NCBI GenBank assembly: GCA_951406725.2
Contig: OX597821.1
Span: 99,138,001 to 99,202,000, forward strand
DNA: 64,000 nucleotides
DNA from: Octopus vulgaris
Taxonomy: Eukaryota
Direction: 5' to 3'
Position numbers and translations under genes: made by a program. Within the stretch, counting starts at the first letter, position 1; each line of letters opens with the position of its first letter. Shown here piece after piece: positions 40,601 to 50,878 of the stretch. Under the pieces are notes generated by a model, which was not told where the DNA came from, did not search any database, and saw only the letters and a program-made list of their open reading frames with translations.

Positions 40601-41566
40601 ACTCATACTTCTGCATATAGCTTTCTGTCTAATTTGACTGAACGTTCCAGTTTATTAACTTGCGTTCTATTTTGTGTCCAAGCGCTGAATACAAACGCAA
40701 ACGGACTCGTAATATCCCAATTGTAGCATGCTACACATCAAAGTCGAATGAAGGGCACGGTTTTTGTGTCTTTTTGATTAACTGATCTACCACCGAACAG
40801 ATACAAAGAAGCACTGGTGTGCACTTTACTGGGTCACAATCATGAAGATGATATCATCAAATCTTTTAAAAAACCGGTTTGCCAAAAAACCTATGTCACA
40901 TGCAGGGAGAAGTTTTTTGAAGAGTGATTACCAACGATTTTGATGGTAGTAAGATTTGTTCAAAATACGTTAACAGGAAAAACATACATGACAGGAAGAG
41001 ATTTTAACGATTAAAAAAAAAGGTTGGATTTCTAACGATTTTTCACTTTCATAGTGGAGCGGGTGAAAAATTTACAATATGTGTGTGTGTGAGTGTATAT
41101 CGGGAGATACAAGTTTCTCAAACTTTTAGAGAGTAAGAGAGGATGAACGTTCAGGAGCTCATCAAATTGATATTTTTGACTACACTGAAAATTGTCGAAT
41201 TAGTAATGCAACATCAAAAATACCACCAGAATAAAATATGAAAATTCGCGCACTAGCTCCAGAGAAAACTTATTTGTACACTAATATATCAGTATGTTTT
41301 GCTTTGAGATGACAACTCGGTACAACCAATAATTAATTATAGAGGCACAAAGGCTCCAAGACCAAAATTAAAAGCATATTTTCAGTTACAAATATCAAGC
41401 TTTTATAGATTATATGTAGCTTCTTATCAAAGGCCCAAAAGCTTATTTCAACATATATCCATTGCAATAATATTTTATGTAATATATATTCTCACCTGCA
41501 TAAGTATTCTTTGAATTCTTTACTTTTCAATGAAGTAAGCAACCGCTGAACGAGGACATTAGCCAT
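7995..41566 (-). CDS. MPC1: Mitochondrial pyruvate carrier 1, 6 coding exons, 118 aa: join(41566-41496,31111-31108,26290-26275,18460-18380,9235-9103,8046-7995)
   Basis: Manual splicing gives [118 protein letters not shown]. It contains the MPC1 hallmarks [14 protein letters not shown] and [17 protein letters not shown]. All introns are GT-AG and phases are consistent (71+4+16+81+133+52=357 nt). Confidence 0.96.
8864..9083. mobile_element. piggyBac-type MITE (220 bp)
   Basis: TTAA duplications at 8860-8863 and 9084-9087; TIRs CCCTTTCGTTAC / GTAACGGAAGGG. Confidence 0.8.
9103..9235 (-). CDS. MPC1: MPC1 coding exon 5 (133 nt)
   Basis: ttttcag acceptor, gtaagt donor; encodes [44 protein letters not shown]. 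Confidence 0.97.
10130..10600 (-). mobile_element. RTE-clade LINE 3' fragment
   Basis: [30 protein letters not shown], (GAT)n tail, inserted in (TA)n. Confidence 0.85.
11150..11990 (+). mobile_element. Decayed Penelope-like RT fragment
   Basis: [23 protein letters not shown]....LSLLDF. Confidence 0.6.
12000..13095 (+). mobile_element. MULE (Mutator-like) transposase C-terminal fragment with terminal repeats
   Basis: [39 protein letters not shown]; short GGCAAACTTT-type subterminal repeats at about 13040-13093. Confidence 0.75.
14355..14693. repeat. Fold-back inverted duplication, ~160-bp arms, about 90% identical
   Basis: Arms read directly; centre is CATCATCATCATTAATGTCTGTTAAATGATGATGATG. 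Confidence 0.9.
14700..16700 (+). mobile_element. Gypsy LTR retrotransposon remnants (RT start at 14700-14950; integrase at 15590-16300; polypurine tract near 16603-16645)
   Basis: IEP..SP.RAQVVV; [53 protein letters not shown]; AAAAGGGGAG. Confidence 0.8.
18380..18460 (-). CDS. MPC1: MPC1 coding exon 4 (81 nt, [27 protein letters not shown])
   Basis: ttccag acceptor, gtaag donor, conserved ANWGLP motif. Confidence 0.96.
21115..21179. repeat. (CA)n microsatellite
   Basis: About 30 uninterrupted CA units. Confidence 0.95.
21620..23330 (-). mobile_element. Decayed L1/Tx1-clade element (APE endonuclease to RT)
   Basis: Fragments [45 protein letters not shown] in broken frames. Confidence 0.7.
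23908..25029 (+). mobile_element. Two tandem copies of the TAA-associated ~540-bp repeat (23908-24456, 24489-25029)
   Basis: Each copy starts TGCCCTGATGCAGTACCAGGCAGTGGCT after (TAA)n; copies are separated by (TAA)~10. Confidence 0.85.
25646..25967 (+). mobile_element. Partial fourth copy of the TAA-associated repeat
   Basis: Diverged match to 23908-24250, preceded by (TAA)n. Confidence 0.7.
26275..26290 (-). CDS. MPC1: MPC1 16-nt microexon (HFWGP+G)
   Basis: Minus strand reads tttctttcttttgtag|CACTTTTGGGGACCAG|gtaagt. Confidence 0.95.
27864..27922. repeat. (TA)n microsatellite (others near 10102, 32180, 34810, 35149, 37611, 45563)
   Basis: Read directly from the sequence. Confidence 0.95.
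27945..28300 (-). mobile_element. RTE-clade APE endonuclease fragment
   Basis: [38 protein letters not shown]....TIISAY. Confidence 0.75.
31108..31111 (-). CDS. MPC1: MPC1 4-nt microexon (TACT)
   Basis: Minus strand reads ...ggtcaacag|TACT|gtgagta. It supplies exactly the 4 nt needed to complete Ser-Thr between exon 1 and the HFWGP exon. Confidence 0.85.
34330..34787 (-). mobile_element. Mariner-type element, 5' end
   Basis: Minus-strand terminus CACGAGGGGTGGTC and an N-terminal HTH-like frame [14 protein letters not shown]. Confidence 0.5.
36030..37330 (-). mobile_element. Decayed mariner transposase interrupted by a SINE
   Basis: [37 protein letters not shown]; upstream WVPHEL motif. Confidence 0.88.
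38400..39070 (-). mobile_element. Decayed CRE-clade-like non-LTR retrotransposon, RLE C-terminus
   Basis: Broken frames give [70 protein letters not shown]. Confidence 0.65.
39681..39911. repeat. Inverted repeat, ~90-bp arms, ~50-bp spacer (MITE-like)
   Basis: TCATTATGCCAATATAATTAA...GTCAAAGCTCTT / AAGAGCTTTGAC...TTAATTATATTGGGATAATGA. Confidence 0.8.
41496..41566 (-). CDS. MPC1: MPC1 coding exon 1 (71 nt, [23 protein letters not shown]+AG)
   Basis: ATG at 41566-41564 in AACATGG context; donor AG|GTGAG; resembles the MPC1 N-terminus (SK.F..YL.S). Confidence 0.93.
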
Positions 41567-41714
41567 GTTTGGTGCTTGTCATTAAGAGACGTTCGCAAGA
41601 GTTATCGCCCTTCAACATCCCATCTCAGTTAATTAGCATTTTTCATTTTTTTTTTTTAATAACGTTGTTGGTGGTAAAAAAAATTAGATTGAAAGATATA
41701 ACAAACATATATTG

Positions 41715-42116
41715 GGATCTTTTCGGTTTGACCGGCAGTTTTTTAAAAATAATTTCCACGTAACTAAACACTTTTAAACTTTGTATACTGGTAGGATGTG
41801 TTTTTTAAAACATCTTTTTCTCTTGGCTTTATTGAGAAAATTCTATGGTTTGTAAGATATTTGTTGGGTTTTTTTCTTCAATTTCTGCAATTTCAACCAA
41901 TCAATGACATCTGTTGAGGTGAAAACATTCTGTGCCGTATGAATATGTCCCTCGTTTAAGAAATAGATTGGGTTTATTTACATTTCTGTAGAAAAAAAAG
42001 ATACCCTAACCCTAAAACAGATTGAAATGCAATAGATTGATACTAGGGTCATAGTTATGGGTGACAATTTCATATGACACCGCTAGAAAAAACTGCCGTT
42101 CAAACCGAAAAGATCC
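41715..42116. mobile_element. MITE with GGATCTTTTC termini and 8-bp TSD
   Basis: TIR GGATCTTTTCGGTTTGA.CGGCAGTTTTTT; TSD ATATATTG / ATATTTTG; internal CCCTAACCCTAA. Confidence 0.85.
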
Positions 42117-42145
42117 ATATTTTGAGGTAGAAACTATTGGAATTT

Positions 42146-42679
42146 GGGTCTTTTCCCTTTGAACGGCAATTTAACTAAACACTTTGAAACTTTGGATACT
42201 GGTAGAATGTGTTACATAGAACAGGGTTTACTCTTAACGTTTTTGACAAAATTATGTATTTTAGAAGTTATTTTGTGTTAAAGTTGTAGTATTTGGGTAA
42301 TTTTAACCAATCAATGATGTGTATCCAGCTGAAGAAAATTACTGCTACTGTTTGCAAACAACAACTTCTGGGTCTATTGAGAACACTATGAATGTTCGAC
42401 AACAGAGAAATTTAAACTGAAAATCTCTCCAAACAAAATCCTTCTTTAATAACCAGAGATGTCTTTATAGCAGCATAGGTTTGCTGTATGAGGGTTGATT
42501 TGAGGCTAAATAACAACAAAATTATTACTGAGACAGACCAACAACGGAGCCTCTATGTAGTTGCATGACCCGCTAGAAAAACTAACCAAACTTTTTTTAT
42601 GTACAGAACAGAAAAACCTCTATCCGAAGTTTCAAAGTGTTTAGTTAAAAAAAATTTAGCCATCAAATTGAGTAGATCC
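42146..42679. mobile_element. Related, more decayed MITE
   Basis: GGGTCTTTTCCCTTTGAACGGCA start, inverted TAACTAAACACTTTGAAACTT block, GATCC end. Confidence 0.6.
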
Positions 42680-42689
42680 TAGTAGCTGT

Positions 42690-44480
42690 GTGTGGAGGCA
42701 AAGATCTTCAGCATTGTTTCCAAACGGCTGTGTGCCTACCTGGATCAGAGCACCTACATCGATACATCTGTCCTGAAGGGTGGCATTTCAGGAATGCCAG
42801 GCTGTCTGGAGCATACCAGTAACACAGCTGATTCGAGAGGCAAGAGAGAACAGGGATAACCTGTCTGTGCTGTGGTTTGACCTGGCAAATGCATTTGGTT
42901 CCATTCCACACAAGCTGGTTCACTTCACATTAACAAAACATCATGTCCCCAGCAAGTGTAGAGACTTCATTTCTGATTACTACACCAATTTCAGGATAAG
43001 GTCTCTTCGGGAACAATAACATCATGCTGGCACAAGGTGGAAATTGGCATCATCACAGGGTGCACTATCTCTGTGACACTATTTTCCCTAGCCATGAACA
43101 TGCTTACCAAGTCTGCTGAGCCAGAGTGCAGAGAGTTCCTATCAAAATCCAGACAAAAGCAACCACTCATTAGGGCGTTCATGGATGACCTCACAGTCAT
43201 GACACAATCAGCCCTAGGCTGCCAGTGAATTCTACAGGGACTCGAAAAGGTGATGGAGTGGGCTCAGATGCATTTCAAACCAACCAAATCAAGATCTATG
43301 GTGCTGAGGAAAGGGAAGATGGAGGACAAGTTCCGGTTTAACATCTCAGGAACAGCCATTCCAACAATCACAGAGAAGTCAAGAGTAGTCACATGAGGCA
43401 GAGCTGGGCTAGGCTCCTTTCCAACTCCCCAAATGAACCAGCAAGAAGGAAGGGCGCCGCCTTGTTCAGGAGCTGAGAGCTGCAATGAAGGAAATGAGAA
43501 CATGCAACGCAGTGGGAATGAAGCAACAGGGAGCTTGGACAAGATGGGAGAATGAGGTTGAGAGGAAAGTGACCTGGGCTGAGCTGTGGAAAGCTGAGCC
43601 TCACTGCATTAAATTCCTCATCCAGGCAGTGTACAATGTGCTGCCAAGCCCATCAAACCTTCACTCATGGGGCACACCAGAGACAATAGCATGCATGCTG
43701 TGTTCCAAGAGAAGAACCCAGGAACACATCCTTAGCTGCTACACAGGGGCACTTGGAGAAGGACGGTCCTGCTGGAGGCATGACCAAGTCCTTAAGACAA
43801 TCACTGAAGCCATCAGTGCAGAACTTGTGTGGGCAAAGTGGTTCCGACCCTCCAAGAAAACCATCGCCTTCGTCAGAGCTGGAGATTAGCCAACCCCTGC
43901 CAGAAAAACATCGGCAGGCATCCTAACATCTGCAAGAAACTGGTAGTTTGTAGTGGATCTTGAGTGCCAGCTGAATTCCCCAGGCTATATTGTGGTCACC
44001 ACCCTGCAACCAGACATTGTCCTCGTGTCTGAGTCCACCAAGCAAGTGGTGTTGCTGGAGCTGACTGTCTCTTGGGAAGATCACCTGGAAGAAGCTTTCA
44101 AGAGAAAGCTCTCCAAGTATGCGGGTCCGGTCAGTGACTGCCAGCGGGCTGGCTGAGGAGTGAGGTGTCTCCCAGTGGAAGTTGGATGCAGGGGTTTTGC
44201 AGCCTGTTCCCTGACCAGAGCCTTCAGCAGTTTGGGCACCGAGGGAGTGAGAAGGAGGAAGGCCATCTGCAGTGCCACTGATGCGGCAAGGAGGGCCTCA
44301 AGATGGCTGTGGATCAAAAGAGGAGAGTCATGGGGTGGGTAGTTGGCCATCTGTACACAAGGTGTGGTCTGATCAGCCCCAGCTGGGTTACCTGGAGGAG
44401 GGTGTATGATGTTGAAAGACCCAAAACACTCAATGATACCAGGCACCTCACTGAAGATGTGTCCAGATGCATCAGTCATT
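42690..44480 (+). mobile_element. 5'-truncated HERO-like (R2/NeSL group) RLE non-LTR retrotransposon
   Basis: GISGMPGCLEH, WFDLANAFGSIPH, GIITGCTIS, RAFMDDLT, C..C....EHILSC, RHDQVL, PDIVL.SE....LLELTV.WE, KLSKY, PVEVGCRGF. Confidence 0.85.
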
Positions 44481-44574
44481 GATGTATGCATGCAATATAT
44501 ATATTTTTTTTTTTTCTAGTTTCAATTCAGAGCTGCGGCCATGCTGATGCACCGCCATTTTGTGCTACACTGTT

Positions 44575-44765
44575 ATTGCGATGAACCTTGTCTAATATGT
44601 GGCACTTCGTGAAGAATGGAGTTTGATACAGCTACTCTCATTTGCACCTCTTGCCATGAGGTAGGTTCATCTGGGACTCTTGACAGGAAGATGTCCAGTT
44701 TTGATTTAAAAACTACTACATCTACTTTGTGCAAGTTCCTCAGACTCTTTGGAAGAATATTAACA
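44575..44765 (-). mobile_element. CR1/L2-type 3' fragment
   Basis: LPKSLRNL......FKSKLD.FLS.VPDEP. Confidence 0.6.
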
Positions 44766-44842
44766 AAATGAAGTTGTAAGTTATCGCACAAGTGGAAATA
44801 TATATGAAAGAAAGTTTGAAAATGCAATTTTAAAGATGTTTA

Positions 44843-44890
44843 TTCACTTGACCGGTTTCACTTTTTTAGAGAAAGATTGTCAAAAGTAAA
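44843..44890 (-). ncRNA. Degenerate minimal type I hammerhead ribozyme motif with U3-A8 core
   Basis: Minus strand: UUUACUU | UUGACAA | weak helix II | GAA | ACCGGU | C17 | AAGUGAA, overlapping an AAUAAA. Confidence 0.5.
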
Positions 44891-45558
44891 ATGTAAAGCT
44901 TTATATATGCTTTGTTGTGTTAAGTACTGATTGTCACAAAAGTATTAAAATACATATATACGTATACTCATTCTTTGATAATAATAAGAAAATATTAAAA
45001 ACAGTTTACAAGAAAATATTTAAGAAAATATTCAACAAAAAGTATTAGGAGTTCAATAAAAATCATGTTTGTTTGGTAGTATATATACACAGAAAGAGAT
45101 ATATTTAAGAGTTTACAAAGAATTTGAGAGGAACAAACCTGTCTTCCTAGCATTTTTTATTTTGTGTGTAGCTAAGGAATGTTTGCTATTTTAAGGGATT
45201 GTCCCTTAAAATAGATAGATAGATGAATAACTAAACTTGCATATGTGTATATGCATCTGTGTATACATACATGTGTGTGTATATATGCATACATAAATTA
45301 TAGGTATGTATATATATATATAAAAGGCAGCGAGCTGGCAGAACTGTTAGCACGCCGGGCGAAATAGGTAGCCGTATTTCGTTTGCCGTTACGTTCTGAG
45401 TTCAAATTCTGCCGAGATCGACTTTGCCTTTCATCCTTTCGGGGTCGATAAATTAAGTACCAGTTATGCACAGGGGTCGATGTAATCGACTTAATTCATT
45501 TGTTTGTCCCCTCTATGTTTAGATCCTTGTGGGTAATAAAGAAACATATATATATAGT

Positions 45559-45603
<45 letters not shown>

Positions 45604-45604
45604 C

Positions 45605-48600
45605 CACTACAGTACAGCACTCGCAGAAGTGGCAGACCATAAGGGGGAGAGTGAGTTGTCCCTTCCATCTGAGACTGGGGTGGAGCCATGGCAGGTGCAA
45701 GCAAAGCCTTAGCCTCTCATGCCAGGGATACAGTGGAGACATCTACGATAGAATGCTGGATAACCAACAAGGTAGAGCCGTCCTAGCCCAATGGCTTGAA
45801 GGTTTGTACAACCAAGCAGAAGATCTGTATCATCAGACAATAGTTGGGCATCAACTAGCAAGTGAGCTGCTATTGTGGGGTAGCCCCATTGTTGACCTTA
45901 CTTGTTGTGCTCTTATACGTCACTTGGTACATGGCATGGTGGCCCAGAGAGGCAATTCGATAGGGGGACAACACAAACTGCCTTACTCATTGTCCAAGGC
46001 ATTTTGTTCAGAAAAGTGGGAAGCCCTGTGATGATGGAGTGAATGTAACGGTAGTAGGTGCAAGTAGTTGGAAGCTTCTAGCAAGAAATCTGCATACAGG
46101 TGACTCATGCCTGATGGTCACAATCAATGCTGAACTTTGAGCACCAATCAGCTGAGGCAGTAGTATGAGTGTCTGGGTAGCCCTTTTCAGGGAGTACTGC
46201 CCACCCTGGAAGGGAAGCCCTACAAAAGGTGGGGTAAAGAGATCAGGATCAAAGGGCAGAGCCAGTTGTAGGAGGAGGGTTACACCTGGTTTATGAAAAA
46301 GAGATGCAGGAATGGTTTTTGCTGTTGACATGACCACCAAAAGGTTACCTTTCCTCCCATTGGCCATCTCAGAGAGGATGATGATCATATGAATACCAAC
46401 CATGAATAACTGATACATGACTTTCATTAACACATATGCTCCAACAATGACCTACCCAAAGGAGAAAGAAGCATCCTATCAAGAGCTGATAAGGATTGTA
46501 GGCAAGGTAGCTCACCAAGATATATTGCTAATTATAGGCAACTTCAATGCCAAAATGGGATTGTGAGATCTGTGCAGGCCTCATTGGCAAGAACAAAAAG
46601 AACTCCAATGGAGACCTCCTGCTGAACGTCTGTGCGCAGCAAGAGCTTTTTGTCACCAATTTACTCTTTGATCAGCCCAACAAGAATCATTTCACATGGA
46701 AACACACTTGGTCTGACCTCAATTATTTGCTGGACTACATCGTTACCTGGAAGGCTGGATTGCAGGAGATCCTGTGCACAAATACTGAAGTGACCACTAC
46801 TTTTTGAGGAGTCAAAGACTCAGGATCCACTCTATGCTGAAGAAAGACCCTAACCAGCAAAAAGTCAGAGTAGCTTAACATCAGCCAGTTACCAAATGCA
46901 GAACACTGTCAGAGGCTGATTACTGTGATTAAGAGTATGGCAGTCCACTCAAATGGGCTGAATGTCATCACAGAGCATTAGCAGGCATTAAAGAAAGCTA
47001 AGGAGATCCTAGGGCCCTCTCAGCATAAAACATTTGACTGATTCTGGGAATACAGAGAGGAGATCCAGAAGTCACTAGACAAAAATCAATGTCTGCACCA
47101 GTGACATCTGCAGAACTCAGAGAAGGGCAGGGTCACTTTTTCTGAAATCAAGTCCCAAGTTCAGAGGGAAGTGAGATTGCTGAAGAACAACTGGTGGCAA
47201 GCAAACACAACTATCTTGAGCTGTGTACGGTACTGAAGGCCATCTATGGACCCAGGAGCAATACAATGGCATCATACAAGCCAGCAGATAGGAGCAAACT
47301 TCAGGAGATAGAGCTAGATGGAAGGAACATTTCTGTAACTTGCTCAATCAGCAAGGATCTGTCCAATAAATGGCTAGAGTGGTACCGGAGACAAAAATGA
47401 CCTTTGCCATAAGATCACTTTGCAGGAGCTGGAGAAAGCCTTTGAAGGCAAGTTGCAAAGCACCAGGCTTGGGTGGCATTCTTTCACACATGCTCAAGAA
47501 AGGTGGTCAAAAATTTCACACTTAGCTGTTGATGCTGTACAACACTTGTCTTTGTAATGAGTGTGAACCCCAAAACTTCAAGGACACTCTGATAGTCACC
47601 ATTTACAAAAAGAAGATGGGAAAAAAGCAGTGTGTGGGAATTTCTCTGTTGGCCACTGCTGGTTAGTGAAAATCATTCTCAAACAGCTGGGAAACATCTC
47701 AGAGTAGATCTTACCAGATAGTCAATATGGCTTGAAACCATGGAGATCAACCACAGACAGGATCTTCACACTGTGACAGCTAGAGGAGAAAGCAGCAGAG
47801 GAACACCAACCCCTCTTTGTGGTGTTTGTGTATTTTGCCAAGGCATTTGATACAGTGGACCAAGAAATTCTTTGGAAAGTGTCAGAGACTTATGGATGCC
47901 CTGAGAAGCTTGTCAACATCATCAAACAATTCCACATAGGAATGAAACAACTAGTTTCAGTTGGAAATTTAGTGAAGCATTTGCAGTCAACAGTGAAGTA
48001 GGAGTGTGTGAATGTCATTGCACTCTTCTCTTTACTTTGTAGTTATGCTTGGTACCATGAGGGTCAATCTGCACAAGGGGGATTTTCAGCTGTACCAAAA
48101 CAGATGGAAAGCTCTTCAACTTGGCCTGTCTTTGAACCTCCATCAAAACCAGGGAAATGTGACAAAGAACTGCTCTAAGCAGACAACTCAGAGCCTGTGG
48201 CCAATAACATTGAAGACATACAACACATTGTGACCCAGTTTTCTTATGCAGCAGACAGTTTGATCACAAGATCAATACTTTGAAAACTGAGCTGCTCTAC
48301 CAGCTTCCACCAAGATGTCCTAATAGATCAAGAGAGCCCAAACCAGTGACAGTACATGGAGAACCCTTAAAGTACACCAAGGCCTTTACCTATCTTGGCA
48401 GCACAGTGGCTCATACTAACTCATCTGACCTCAAAGTTGAGAGGCAAATGCAATCTGCCACAAAGACTTTTGGTTCTCTCGAGAAGCATCTATGGAGCTG
48501 CCATGACACAAAAACAAAGGTATACAATGCTGCAGACTCCCTTGCCTCATCTTTGCTATTGAATGCATGGCTTTCTACTGCAGGCACATCAATGCCCTGA

Positions 48601-49020
48601 AGAGAGTCTGATTTCATCATCTGCACTCCATCTTGCTAATCAGATGTAGAGGTCCTGCACTGTACTAGCAGTTAACATCAAGACCCTCATTACCTCATTG
48701 CAGCTGTACAGGGTGGGACATGCTTGCAGGATGGAGGGCAACAGGCTTCAAAAGCAGTTTTCTATGCTAGACTGTGTCAGGGCAGATGGACCCATAGTGA
48801 CCAGAAGTTGAGATACAAGGATATGCTGAAGAACTCTGGCATCCCACCAGACAGGAAGGGGAAGGCCCTGTGGCGCAATAAGTGGCATAGATTGCTGAAA
48901 CTCATAATTCCAGCCATTGCAGAGAAACAACAGAGAGAATACGAAAGAGCATGAGAGGAGTCACATCTCTGTTGCATGAAGTAAATTCACCAGTAGCAGG
49001 CCTTGTAGCCCACAAGCAAG
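45605..49020 (+). mobile_element. Near-full-length but decayed RTE (BovB-like) LINE
   Basis: ISERMM, NTYAPTM, LIIGNFNAK, ISLLATAG, FAKAFDTVD..LWK....GCPEK, FTYLGS, QKLRYKD; many stops and frameshifts. Confidence 0.8.
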
Positions 49021-49099
49021 ATGATTACTGAACAGGAACAGTTACCACTGACCTACAACAGACAGCTGAATATATGAATATATATTTGCACACATAAGA

Positions 49100-49385
49100 G
49101 AACCATTCAAACGTGGCCGTAGCCAGCACCGCATCGACTGGCCTCCGTGCTGGTGGCACGTAACAAACACCATCCGATCGTGGCTGTTGCCAGCCTCCGT
49201 GCCGGTGGCACGTAAAAAGCACCCACTACACTCTCGGAGTGGTTGGCGTTAGGAAGGGCATCCAGCTGTAGAAACACTGCCAGATCTGACTGGCCTGGTG
49301 CAGCCTTCTGGCTTCCTAGACCCCAGTTGAACCGTCCAACCCATGCTAGCATGGAAAGCGGACGTTAAACGATGATGATGATGAA
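49100..49385 (+). mobile_element. SINE family C with (GAT)n tail (further copies about 4030-4205, 5465-5630, 25141-25460 -, 29368-29640 -, 31191-31430 -, 32800-33080, 36200-36343 -, 55030-55295, 62860-63020)
   Basis: Shared GTGGTTGGCGTTAGGAAGGGCATCCAGCTGTA...CAACCCATGCTAGCATGGAAAGCGGACGTTAAAC(GAT)n. Confidence 0.85.
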
Positions 49386-50501
49386 CCTTTCACTCAATTT
49401 CCTTCCTCCTCAAGACACCTTCTACCACCTCACTAACTGCAGCTCTTCTTTCATACCATTGACTTTACTTACTACCTAGAACCATTTTACTTGTTAGTAT
49501 TAATGGATGAAGAGATAGCTGTTTTCTTCACCCACTTTCATTGATCCCATCCCCTACTGAGTTAGCAAATTATCATTCATTATTCTCCTCATGCACAACA
49601 CCTGTCACCTTCTTTTGCACCTACTCAACCTACATGCCATCCTTCTCTTGTCCTCCTGTCTACTGTTTTATCATTGCTATTCCAATGCTCTGTACTATCA
49701 GGCATTTACTTCTCACTTCATTTCTGGTCCCTGTGCCCCACTCATTTCTACCAACCTCGTACATTGAAGGTCTAATCTAACACCTCATCACCATTATTTT
49801 ATCACTTTCCAACTCCAGTCAATCACTCCCATCCTTTCTTAAAATGTAAGTAGTTCCTCTACATCACTCTGCTCTAGCCCCTTCTCTCATACTTTTACCC
49901 CTCTTTCCCTAACAAAGTTGCCCCCTCAGGGTTCCATAGTCTTGCATGCATAGCAGCCTCACTAGTTTTGGTGGCATGAAAAAAAGACCTCGTACGTGTT
50001 GTGGGGTGGTTGGCATTAGGATGGGAATCCAGATGTAAAAATCGCCAATGGATCACAATGCAATCCTTGGGTTCGTTCAGTTCTGTTAAACTGCGCAATC
50101 TCTGCCACCATGGAAAATGGAGGTTAAATTATGATGGTGATAATGATAATTCTACATATAAAATTGTAGCAGAATAAGTTAAGAGTAAAACAGTTTTATT
50201 TAAATTCCAATTTATTATATTAACTTGATGCACTACATATAATTTCACACAAGAATATATGTAAGAAATAATGTATACAATATATCATATATGTTATTAT
50301 AGTATAATGAAATATACATTTCTCAGGTATTTACTCACAATGTCAAATAAATCAACTGTATGTTTTATCTTTTCTGGAAACATTGTCAGGAGGAATTTAT
50401 ACAAGTATTGCAAAAGACTATTTCAATTAAAAATATCACAATGGAAAGTTATCTCACCAAAGCAGATACAGCTGTGGTTATATGAAATAGTGTTATATTG
50501 T

Positions 50502-50754
50502 CAATGTGAGGTATACTTGCCATCTCAATATGGCTAGCCACTAAGGGTGGGTGTTACTGTAGCTTGTAGCCCCAGGAGAACATCGTCTCCAGCTGGCTTT
50601 AGGCACACTTTCTGTGCCCTTATGCAAATACCATAAGGGCATGGAAAGTGTGCCTAAAGCCAGCTGGAGACGATGTTCTCCTGGGGCTACAAGCTACAGT
50701 AACACCCACCCTTAGTGGCTAGCCATATTGAGATGGCAAGTATACCTCATATTG
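50502..50754. repeat. Near-perfect palindrome, 123-bp arms, 7-nt loop, 3 mismatches
   Basis: Arms 50502-50624 and 50632-50754; loop CAAATAC. Confidence 0.95.
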
Positions 50755-50878
50755 TCGTACAGTTACTGTTTACATCTCGTTCAGAGATTTATTATTGTTA
50801 TATTGTCTTTTCTCTGTAAATCATTTATGACTATATCAGATTTCTTTCTTCATACAATGACTCCTGACATTGATAAAG

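Noticed and set aside
40740-40870. GHNHED peptide hinting at a FLYWCH/MULE fragment
   Set aside because: Too short; no supporting motifs in frame.
44398-44470. GGGTGTATGATG...AAAACACTC...CTGAAGA in the HERO-like 3' UTR suggested a hammerhead
   Set aside because: The elements cannot be ordered into a type I, II or III topology with proper helices.
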